DNA of 43,335 nt, from assembly GCA_964413845.1 (NCBI GenBank), contig CAYPTJ010000008.1:1-43335 (forward strand). The letters are read 5' to 3'. Positions 17,140 through 24,904 of this stretch are shown piece after piece. The stretch's first letter is position 1, and each line of letters opens with the position of its first letter. Under the pieces are notes generated by a model, which was given only the letters and a program-made list of their open reading frames with translations, searched no databases and was not told the origin of the DNA. A program made the position numbers and the translations under genes. This DNA is from an uncultured Candidatus Saccharibacteria bacterium (GTDB taxonomy: Bacteria > Patescibacteriota > WWE3 > 9FT-COMBO-53-11).

Positions 17140-17201
17140 TTAAGCATAAGTTTAACAAAATGATGTGCTTTAGGGTATGGTAAAATAATATTAAACATTT
17201 T

Positions 17202-17290
17202 GGGCGAGTGGTGGAATGGTAGACACGCAGTCTTCAGAAGGCTGTCCCTGCAAAACGGGGGTGGAGGTTCAAATCCTCTCTCGCCCACCA
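17202..17290 (+). tRNA. tRNA-Leu(CAG)
   Basis: Anticodon arm CAGTC-TT-CAG-AA-GGCTG, long variable arm, CCA. Confidence 0.93.
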
Positions 17291-17342
17291 CCTCGCTAAC
17301 GCTCGGTGTAAACTCCTAGCTTGCCCTGAGCGTAGCGAATGG

Positions 17343-17430
17343 GGGCGGATGGCGGAATTGGTATACGCGATAGGTTGAGGACCTATGCTCCGAAAGGGGC
17401 TTGAGGGTTCAAGTCCCTCTCCGCCCACCA
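17343..17430 (+). tRNA. tRNA-Leu(GAG)
   Basis: Anticodon arm ATAGG-TT-GAG-GA-CCTAT, long variable arm, CCA. Confidence 0.95.
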
Positions 17431-17466
17431 TGGGCGATTAGCTCAACGGTAAGAGCGCTTCGTTTA

Positions 17467-17596
17467 TCCCACACCGAAGCAAAGCTTAGTGCGGGAGTAG
17501 CGACGAGGGTCTGTAGCTCAGCGGCAAGAGCGTTCGGCTTACATCCGAAAGGTCCCTGGTTCGAATCCAGGCAGGCCCACCAGACCTCGTCGCGTC
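17467..17596. mobile_element. 130-bp anticodon insert carrying a complete tRNA-Val(TAC)
   Basis: Begins TCCCAC..GCGGGAGTA and ends TCGCGTC; inverted repeat GCGACGAGG/CCTCGTCGC surrounds the cargo. Confidence 0.7.
17507..17582 (+). tRNA. tRNA-Val(TAC), intact, nested
   Basis: 76 nt, anticodon arm TTCGG-CT-TAC-AT-CCGAA, CCA. Confidence 0.95.
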
Positions 17597-17646
17597 CATC
17601 GAAGAGGTTGGGGGTTCAAATCCTCCATCGCCCACCATTAAACTTC

Positions 17647-17722
17647 GCCGAGGTAGCCAACGTGGTCACGGCACACGCCTGAAGAGCGTGGGATGTGGGT
17701 TCGATTCCCACCCTCGGCACCA
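17647..17722 (+). tRNA. tRNA-Phe(GAA)
   Basis: Anticodon arm CACGC-CT-GAA-GA-GCGTG, 76 nt. Confidence 0.95.
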
Positions 17723-17800
17723 TCCTCCTTCGCTAAAGCTTCGGAAGGATGCCCCTCGAAGCCCTGCCTCGCCGGCAGGCAGGCTTGGCGAAGTGGGGCA
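17723..17800. repeat. palindromic doublet with a nested CCTG..CAGG palindrome
   Basis: Matches the reverse complement of 6751-6807 plus a 21-bp insert. Confidence 0.85.
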
Positions 17801-17801
17801 G

Positions 17802-17876
17802 GCGGCGGTAGTTCAGGGGTAGAACGTCTCGTTGCCAACGAGAAGGTCGCCGGTTCAAATCCGGTCCGCCGCTCCA
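17802..17876 (+). tRNA. tRNA-Gly(GCC)
   Basis: Anticodon arm TCTCG-TT-GCC-AA-CGAGA, ends TCCA. Confidence 0.95.
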
Positions 17877-17950
17877 ATTTTACTCTTATAGGACTAAAGC
17901 TTTTCTGTCCTTGACAGCTGTTATGACATTTTGATAGGTTGGGGTAGAAG

Positions 17951-18580
17951 ATGGGAAGCGAGCCCCTGCCAAAAAAACCGCTCATTTTGCTTTTTGGGTT
18001 GCCTTTTGTCTTTCTTTTTTCTGTCAGCCTGGTTGTTCTTTTCTCCGCTACCTATCTTCTTACCCACCCTTTGCAGACCCCAAAGCTTTTAGGTGCAACA
18101 ACTAACTATTCGGCCTTTAGTAGTCAACCTCCCACTCCGGTAATGTTGGGAGAAAGTTATATTTCAAAAGAGGCAAGGCCGCTTATTTTAAAAAGATTTC
18201 TTGAAAGCTATAATTCTCCTTTAGCTCCTTACGCCAACCACCTTCTTGAGGTTTCCGAAAAATACAATCTTGATTGGCGTCTCTTAACTGCCATTGCTGG
18301 GAACGAATCTCTTTTTGGTCGAGTTATTCCCTACAACTCCTACAACGCCTGGGGCTGGGGAGTTCATTCCCAAGGAACAGTGCGGTTTGGCTCTTGGGAA
18401 GAAGGGATTGAACGAGTAGCAAGAAGCTTAAAAGAAGACTTTATTGATCAAGGATTAACCACCATTGAGCTTATAATGACTAAATATGCCCCGGTTTCCA
18501 TCCAAAACGGATATCCCTGGGCGGATAATGTCCGTTGGTTTATGGAGCGGTTGGAGCAAGGGAAGGGATATCGGGAATGA
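17951..18580 (+). CDS. membrane-anchored lysozyme-like/glucosaminidase-domain protein
   Basis: N-terminal TM, then LDWRLLTAIAGNES.FG...YNAWGWG...F.SWEEGI. Confidence 0.65.
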   Translation: MGSEPLPKKPLILLFGLPFVFLFSVSLVVLFSATYLLTHPLQTPKLLGATTNYSAFSSQPPTPVMLGESYISKEARPLILKRFLESYNSPLAPYANHLLEVSEKYNLDWRLLTAIAGNESLFGRVIPYNSYNAWGWGVHSQGTVRFGSWEEGIERVARSLKEDFIDQGLTTIELIMTKYAPVSIQNGYPWADNVRWFMERLEQGKGYRE

Positions 18581-18602
18581 TCACAAAAGGATTGAGTAGC
18601 TG

Positions 18603-19259
18603 ATGGTTGAGCTCCTTTTTATTAACTTTAAGAACTATCCCCAAGCGTTTAACCTGTTTCCTCAGCTCTATCAAGATTTAGAGGAAAGTGCTTGGAAATA
18701 TTCCTCAAAAGTTTTAACTGCTTTTGCCCCACCTTCTTTACTTTTCTCGAAGGTGAGGGAGACAGTTAAAGTTCCTCTTTGGGTACAGCATCTTGATCCT
18801 AGTTCGCTGGGAGCTTGTACCGGTTTTCTACCAGCAGAGGCCTTGGTAAAGATCGGTGCTGTAGGGACTTTTCTAAACCATAGCGAACATCCTCTGGATC
18901 CCAAACTCTTAGCAGAAACTGTCACTACCACAAAAAAGTTAGGGCTTTCAACCTTAATCTTTGCAGCTACCCTTGAGGCAGTTTCTGAGGTCAAAAAGCT
19001 GAATCCTGATTACATCACTTATGAGCCGCCAGAGTTGATTGGGGGGGAGGTATCAGTTACCTCCGCAGGAAAGGAGATTATTCCAGAGGCAGTTTCCGTA
19101 GCAAACCCCATTCCCCTTCTTGTTGGTGCAGGCATCCACAAAGGCGAAGATATTCAAGCCGCGCTTAAGTTTGGATCGGTAGGGGCCGTTGTCTCCTCCG
19201 CAATCATTACCGCTTCACAACCAGCTAAGGTAACAGAGGAGCTTCTTGCGGCGTTCTAA
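18603..19259 (+). CDS. tpiA: triosephosphate isomerase, short archaeal type
   Basis: INFKNY, LNHSE, YEPPELIG, LVGAGI; 218 aa. Confidence 0.92.
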   Translation: MVELLFINFKNYPQAFNLFPQLYQDLEESAWKYSSKVLTAFAPPSLLFSKVRETVKVPLWVQHLDPSSLGACTGFLPAEALVKIGAVGTFLNHSEHPLDPKLLAETVTTTKKLGLSTLIFAATLEAVSEVKKLNPDYITYEPPELIGGEVSVTSAGKEIIPEAVSVANPIPLLVGAGIHKGEDIQAALKFGSVGAVVSSAIITASQPAKVTEELLAAF

Positions 19260-20686
19260 TACGGTAGTTGAACCCACTCTTGGATATTGCGGAAACGCTC
19301 GGAAGGTACGAAAAGGGAGGAAAGGTTAATTCCACTGAATCTTCTACTCACAAAATAATTGAGGTTGGGGTGATAAAGGAAGATTGCAGGATTATCCTCA
19401 AGAAAAAGCCGTTGGAAGTTAAGGTAGTGCTCTTTCCGTTTGGATTGTTGGATCGTTTTTCTTCCCTCCTCCAGCGCTCGATCAGCACGCGGATCAGAGT
19501 AGGAAGTGATATTTAGTCCAGGGTATACTTTCTGGGTTGAGTGCCACAGACTGTAACGATCTGGGTCTCTGGAGACTTCTTGTCCTAGGATAATCGCCTC
19601 AAAATCCTTGTTGGCGATAATCTCCTCAATCATGGTTGTGGAAACAGTTTCGATATTGACCTTGATCCCCAACATCTGCCAATGTTGGGTGATTACCTTT
19701 GCTACCTCCGGTAACTTCCCAATATTGGGTACAGTAAGAGTCAACCCTCCCTTAAACTGCGCTTTAATCGTGAGTGAAAATTTCGGGAAAGGAAGGTTTG
19801 CTTCAGCAAACGTTCCGCTCAAAGGACCATGAACAGGTACTCCTCCATCCTTTAGTGGATCATCAAGTAAGATGGGGATAGGTGTTTTGCGTGCGGCTGC
19901 ACGGCGAAAAGTGGGACTTTTAACCATTCGGTTTTTTGATTCCAAGTTAAAGAAAATTGCAAAGTACCGTCCATAAAGCGGGGATTGATAACGCGTGAAG
20001 GAAGGGTGGTTAAAATTATCTGCCACAAAGGCATCGACCTCTCCTCGTTTGGCTGCCTCCTGCAAATCGGTCTGCGTTTTGAAGAATTTAAAGACCAAAC
20101 TTCTTATCTTCCCCGTACCCTGGTTTTGGAGCGTGATCTCTTTCACTTCTCCATCCTGTTCAATATGATTGATATAAAAACTCCCATCTCCTACAACTGT
20201 TAAGGGTGAGGTGCGCACCAAGTGTGAGGGAGCAATTAGTTTAGTGAGAAGTGAGGGGAAAGAGCCAAGTGGATCTTCCAATCTGAAACGGATTTTCTTC
20301 CCGTCAACCACTTCAATTACTGCCTTGGAAAACGTTGGATCTTGATTGAGGGTAAATCGGACATCCTCGGCAACAACGGGGTAACCATCGTGCCAGAAAA
20401 TTCCATTTTTAAGTGTAATCTCATAAACTTTTCCTCCTTCTTTAACCTCATAACCTTCAACTAGATCATTGGTTAAGTTTCCAGCAAGGTCATATTTAAA
20501 CAAGGATCGAAAAAGAAGATTTTCTAACATCTCATCGACCTCATTTTTTGGTCCTGATGTGGGATTAAGATCGGTTGGTTGGCCCACCATACCTTCCGTA
20601 AATGTAGCTTGAGGGGTATATCTCAAAAAAGAAAGCCCAACGGCAACACCAAGGATAACCGCAACGAGAAGATACCGCACCACCAT
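19256..20686 (-). CDS. ABC transporter substrate-binding protein, family 5 (peptide/nickel)
   Basis: LNP, LF.SL, L.NDL, WHDG.PV.AEDV.FT; C-terminal D.PAIFLY. Confidence 0.85.
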   Translation of the reverse strand: MVVRYLLVAVILGVAVGLSFLRYTPQATFTEGMVGQPTDLNPTSGPKNEVDEMLENLLFRSLFKYDLAGNLTNDLVEGYEVKEGGKVYEITLKNGIFWHDGYPVVAEDVRFTLNQDPTFSKAVIEVVDGKKIRFRLEDPLGSFPSLLTKLIAPSHLVRTSPLTVVGDGSFYINHIEQDGEVKEITLQNQGTGKIRSLVFKFFKTQTDLQEAAKRGEVDAFVADNFNHPSFTRYQSPLYGRYFAIFFNLESKNRMVKSPTFRRAAARKTPIPILLDDPLKDGGVPVHGPLSGTFAEANLPFPKFSLTIKAQFKGGLTLTVPNIGKLPEVAKVITQHWQMLGIKVNIETVSTTMIEEIIANKDFEAIILGQEVSRDPDRYSLWHSTQKVYPGLNITSYSDPRADRALEEGRKTIQQSKRKEHYLNFQRLFLEDNPAIFLYHPNLNYFVSRRFSGINLSSLFVPSERFRNIQEWVQLPY

Positions 20687-20689
20687 TTT

Positions 20690-20905
20690 CTATTTGAGCA
20701 GATTTACAAGCAAAGTAAGGATAAAAATCACCGCGATGATAGTCGTTGTGTAAAACAAGATTTTTTCGACCCCTCTTCTTGTTCGAAATGTTTCTCCACT
20801 GCCACCAAAAGTGCTGGAGAGTCCCGCTCCTCCTCCCTGAAGAAGGATAGAGATGATGAGGAAAACTGCAGCAACGATTTGAAGTATCTGAAGAAGAGGT
20901 ATCAT
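20690..20905 (-). CDS. secG: preprotein translocase subunit SecG
   Basis: ILLQ.G.GL..TFGG, RRGVEK, two TM helices. Confidence 0.92.
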   Translation of the reverse strand: MIPLLQILQIVAAVFLIISILLQGGGAGLSSTFGGSGETFRTRRGVEKILFYTTTIIAVIFILTLLVNLLK

Positions 20906-21321
20906 TCAACCTTCAAAACAAGCCCTAAAATTACAATAAGAAGTGAGATCACCATCGAAGCAAGAAGAAGCGTACCGAAAGCTGGGATGTCAAGTACAGG
21001 GACAGCAAGCTTAATATATTGAGTCTCAACTGCCAAACCAGGAATGCGAAACCCAACAACTGTTAGCTCAGGAACGATCTTAATTGTGAGGTAAAGAAGA
21101 CCCGTATTTATTAAAAATGAAGAAAAACCTAAGGTAAGGAAGTTCAAAGGAAGGGTGACCAGCTTAAGGATTGGTTTAAGGTAAGAGTTTATAATTCCAA
21201 AAGCAAGGGCCGCAATTGCAAGAACTGCAGGGTCACCACCATACGAAAATCCTTTAACCATCCGAGAGGCTCCAAACAAGGCGATCAGACTGAAGAAAAA
21301 AGACTTTAGAATATCTTTCAT
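20902..21321 (-). CDS. YvlD/DUF360 (phage holin-like) membrane protein
   Basis: N..LKPILKLVTLPLNFLTLG..S.LIN motif. Confidence 0.85.
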   Translation of the reverse strand: MKDILKSFFFSLIALFGASRMVKGFSYGGDPAVLAIAALAFGIINSYLKPILKLVTLPLNFLTLGFSSFLINTGLLYLTIKIVPELTVVGFRIPGLAVETQYIKLAVPVLDIPAFGTLLLASMVISLLIVILGLVLKVE

Positions 21322-21381
21322 CCTGAGAAAAAGTAACATACTAAAGCTCACATTTGCAATCAAACTGCTAAGATAAATAGG

Positions 21382-23310
21382 ATGAGGGTCGCAGAAAAAA
21401 TAGCAAAAGGGCTTTTAATCTTAACTCTTTTTATCGCCTTTTTTCCTTTGAGTTCCTCCAATGTTTTCGCCGCAGAAAATTTCACAAGTGAATACGATGT
21501 GAGCTACACCGTCGTGGAGTCTGGATTAACTACGGTGAAACAAGAAGTGACAATCACCAATCTGACAAGCCAGTTTTTTGTTTCCAAATACAGTTTTACT
21601 ATTGGAAGTGAAGATATTCGAAACATCAAAGCCTGGGATCCAACAGGAACATTAACACCGCAAATTGAAACGAAAGGTGAAGAAACAGTGATCACCCTTA
21701 ACTTCCGCGCCCGTGTCTTTGGAAAAGGGAGGAAGCTAAAGTTTGGAATCTCTTATGATTTCCCTGGTCTTGCCTCTAAAAACGGCCTTTTGTGGGAGGT
21801 GAGCCTTCTTCGAATTACAGGATTAAGTGGGATTGTACACTACAACCTCCACCTTTCGGTCCCCAAAAATTTTGGTCCCCTTCTTTATAGCTATCCCCAA
21901 CCAAAAGCAATTGCTGAAAACGATATACGGCGACTAATCCTATACACGAAGTCTGAATTACTAAAAGGGCCACCACGACTCGCTTTTGGGAAATTCCAAC
22001 TCTATGAACTTCACCTCAATTATCATTTGGAGAATTCTTCCTTCGCACTTGGATACACTGAGATCGCCTTGCCTCCCGATATCCCCAATCAACAACAGAT
22101 CGTTGTAAAAAACCTTTCTCCAAAACCGGTGAGCGTCCGCCTTGATGAGGATGGTAATTATCTTGCCCGCTACAATCTTGGCCCATGGGAGAAGAAGGAG
22201 ATTGTCTGGGAAGGTTTTATTGCTTTGTACTACCATCCAAGAGACTTTAGCAAAAGTAAGATTGAGGTGATTCCTCAGACTCTAGTAGACACCTATACCA
22301 CTGCGGCAAAATATTGGGAAGTAGAGGATGCCGCAATCGTGGCGCAGGCGCAAAAACTAATTGATCCCAACCTTTCGGCTGCGGAGAATGCGAAAAGGAT
22401 TTTTGATTTTGTTGTCAAGCATCTTTCTTATGATTACCCAAGGTTTACGGCAGAAGAGTTTTGGAGTCGGTTGGGAGCGGCAACAGCGCTGCAAAAGAAT
22501 AATCAGGCAGTTTGCATGGAATATACCGATCTTTTTATCGCTCTTGCTCGAGCCGCGGGGATCCCCGCACGCGAGGTAAACGGTTTTGCCTACACCTCCG
22601 ATGACTCGCATCGCCCCCTATCACTTCGATTTCAAGGAGGAGATGTTCTTCACGCCTGGCCGGAGGTTTATCTTCCGGAGGAAGGTTGGGTAATGGTTGA
22701 TCCTACCTGGAGCTCTACCTCCGGAGCCGATTATTTCTCGGTTTTTGACCTTTCGCATATTGCGTTTGTGATTAAAGGGGCCTCCTCAGAATATCCTCTT
22801 CCTGCCGGTAGCTACAAAGCTACTCAAGGACAGCGTGATGTGCGGGTGGCTTTTTCAAAAGAGGTAACAATGACCACTGAGCTTCCTCGATTTGCGATTG
22901 AGGTTGTCTATCCTCTTCTTTCGGTGGCACCTTTTTCAACATCCGCAACAATTAAAGTGAGAAATGACTCTGTTGTTTCCGCTTTTAACACTCAAATTAC
23001 AGTTGCGAGTGATCTTCTTGAAATTGATGGGGAAGGCCTCCTTGATTTAGGAACAATTCCTCCTTTAGGCACCAAGGAAGTAAAAGTCCGTCTTGTCCCC
23101 CAAAGTTTTCGAACAAAAGGGAAGCAACAGTTGGAAGTAGGGCTTGCTGCTTTTGGATTTTCTGGAGAAAAGGTAACCAGTGCTGCCAGTGGAGAAACTA
23201 CCATCAACCCTCTTTATCTTCCCCTTTCTCCACTTTACCTTGTGGCAGCTGGTGGCACAATTATCCTCTTCGGGCTCCTTGCTCGTTTTCTGGTTAGAGT
23301 CCTCCTTTAA
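21382..23310 (+). CDS. exported transglutaminase-like domain protein
   Basis: Signal peptide; triad AVCMEY..LARAAGIPAR, HAWPEVY, W..VDPT; C-terminal TM. Confidence 0.88.
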   Translation: MRVAEKIAKGLLILTLFIAFFPLSSSNVFAAENFTSEYDVSYTVVESGLTTVKQEVTITNLTSQFFVSKYSFTIGSEDIRNIKAWDPTGTLTPQIETKGEETVITLNFRARVFGKGRKLKFGISYDFPGLASKNGLLWEVSLLRITGLSGIVHYNLHLSVPKNFGPLLYSYPQPKAIAENDIRRLILYTKSELLKGPPRLAFGKFQLYELHLNYHLENSSFALGYTEIALPPDIPNQQQIVVKNLSPKPVSVRLDEDGNYLARYNLGPWEKKEIVWEGFIALYYHPRDFSKSKIEVIPQTLVDTYTTAAKYWEVEDAAIVAQAQKLIDPNLSAAENAKRIFDFVVKHLSYDYPRFTAEEFWSRLGAATALQKNNQAVCMEYTDLFIALARAAGIPAREVNGFAYTSDDSHRPLSLRFQGGDVLHAWPEVYLPEEGWVMVDPTWSSTSGADYFSVFDLSHIAFVIKGASSEYPLPAGSYKATQGQRDVRVAFSKEVTMTTELPRFAIEVVYPLLSVAPFSTSATIKVRNDSVVSAFNTQITVASDLLEIDGEGLLDLGTIPPLGTKEVKVRLVPQSFRTKGKQQLEVGLAAFGFSGEKVTSAASGETTINPLYLPLSPLYLVAAGGTIILFGLLARFLVRVLL

Positions 23311-23927
23311 ACGTGGTGGGTTTGTGTAAGTTTCCTTACGAGAAAAAGTAAAACTAAAACAGCAATAACAATCGTAACCCCAATTTCATAATTTTCAAGA
23401 TAAGGGACAACAGTTTCCCACCTCTCCCCCAAAAGAGAACCAGCGAAGGTAAGCCCCCCAATCCAAATGGCACTTCCGGCAATGGTTAAAAAGGAGAAGG
23501 AGAAAAGATTCATCTTTACAAAGCCGGCGGGAATGGAGATAAAGGTTCTAACCAATGGAATTAGCCGCCCAAAAAAGATCACCTGTGTTTTGTATTTCGC
23601 AAACCAATCCTCTGCCTTTTCAACATCTTCTAATTTGATTCCCAACGGCTTTCCATAACGAGCGATAAGGAATTTAAGATCGGTTGCACCCAGAAGGTAA
23701 CCTGCGGCATACCAAAACAGCGCCCCGATAAAAGCACCGCTGACCCCAGCAATTGTGACCAAAAGAAGGCTCAAAACCCCTTTGCCGGCGATAAAGCCAA
23801 CAAACGGGAAAATCACCTCCGATGGAAGCGGAGGAAAGAAGTTTTCCAGCGCCGCGACAAAGACAATTCCGGGGTAACCAGCCTTAGTAACAAGCTCTTG
23901 GGCAAAAGAGAGAAGCGCATCAATCAT
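23307..23927 (-). CDS. DedA family membrane protein
   Basis: LENFFPPLPSE and GRLIPLVRTFISIPAG. Confidence 0.93.
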   Translation of the reverse strand: MIDALLSFAQELVTKAGYPGIVFVAALENFFPPLPSEVIFPFVGFIAGKGVLSLLLVTIAGVSGAFIGALFWYAAGYLLGATDLKFLIARYGKPLGIKLEDVEKAEDWFAKYKTQVIFFGRLIPLVRTFISIPAGFVKMNLFSFSFLTIAGSAIWIGGLTFAGSLLGERWETVVPYLENYEIGVTIVIAVLVLLFLVRKLTQTHHV

Positions 23928-24904
23928 TGATAACTTTCCAGTTGAGAAAGATTCAACAGCCCATCAGTTCCCCCAATCTTAGTAATTTCGGAACTAGCAT
24001 TTTTTGCGGCCAAAAGAAGGGATTCGGGGATGCCTTTCCCTAAGATAATTCCTGCGGTAAGGGTGGCAGCAAAGGCATCTCCTGCTCCAGTACGGTCTAC
24101 CACCTCAACTTCAGGAGTTGCTTCCTGGTGGTAAAAGTCCTTTCCATCGTAGGCAAAGGAACCTTCTACATCCTGGGTGATCACAGGAATCCCCACCCCA
24201 AGTTTTTTGAACTCCACCAGCATCTCTTTAATGGAGTAGCCTCCCCCTAAAATTGATTGTGCTTCATGAAAATTGAGAATTAAAATCTTTGCCGCTGCCA
24301 GAACTGGAGCAAGCTTCTCTTTTCCTAACAGTAGCTCATTTTGCCCAGGAACATAAGAGAGTTTTATCCCTCCTTCTTTTATTTTTCCTACAACCTCAAA
24401 AAGAAGGTCATTACTTGTTCCCACAAGATCGGCAAAAAAGATCCATCGGCAGTCTAAAATCTTGTCCCATCGAGGGTTCGTGTTGAGCAGATCGTCATTC
24501 GCTCCTCGGTACATCACGATTGTCCTTTCTCCACCTGATGAAAGAAGAGCAGAGGTTGAGGTTTTGGTCTTCGGATTAACAACTAAAAGTGTGGTGGAGA
24601 TCCCCTCACGTTCAAGAGCTTCTTTAACCATCCTCCCAGAAGGATCATTCCCTACCTGCCCCCAAAAAGCAACTTCTAATCCTAGGCGGCAATAAGCAAC
24701 GGAGGCGTTAAATGCCCCACCTCCTAAGTGGCGCTCTAACTTCTCCACCGTAAATTTTTCCCTCCAAGGGAAACAAAGATTTTGATCCTCAACCCTGTAA
24801 CGATCAGAGAGAAAGAAGATGTCCTCGGTCGCCGCGCCAATACAGACTACATCATAGTCTGGACGATCCAAGCGCCGCGAGGACGTCACAACAACGTCAA
24901 ACAT
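23924..24904 (-). CDS. PfkB family carbohydrate kinase
   Basis: GGGAFN, G.VGND..G, DRTGAGDAF. Confidence 0.9.
   Translation of the reverse strand: MFDVVVTSSRRLDRPDYDVVCIGAATEDIFFLSDRYRVEDQNLCFPWREKFTVEKLERHLGGGAFNASVAYCRLGLEVAFWGQVGNDPSGRMVKEALEREGISTTLLVVNPKTKTSTSALLSSGGERTIVMYRGANDDLLNTNPRWDKILDCRWIFFADLVGTSNDLLFEVVGKIKEGGIKLSYVPGQNELLLGKEKLAPVLAAAKILILNFHEAQSILGGGYSIKEMLVEFKKLGVGIPVITQDVEGSFAYDGKDFYHQEATPEVEVVDRTGAGDAFAATLTAGIILGKGIPESLLLAAKNASSEITKIGGTDGLLNLSQLESYQ

Larger units (their letters stand above)
17432..17637 (+). tRNA. interrupted outer tRNA-Val(TAC), split at 35/36
   Basis: 17432-17466 plus 17597-17637 gives the 76-nt GGGCGATTAGCTCAACGGTAAGAGCGCTTCGTTTACATCGAAGAGGTTGGGGGTTCAAATCCTCCATCGCCCACCA. 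Confidence 0.85.

Noticed and set aside
20902-21321. Prophage suggested by a 'holin' family gene
   Set aside because: YvlD/DUF360 is a common chromosomal membrane protein, and no phage structural or integrase genes are nearby.
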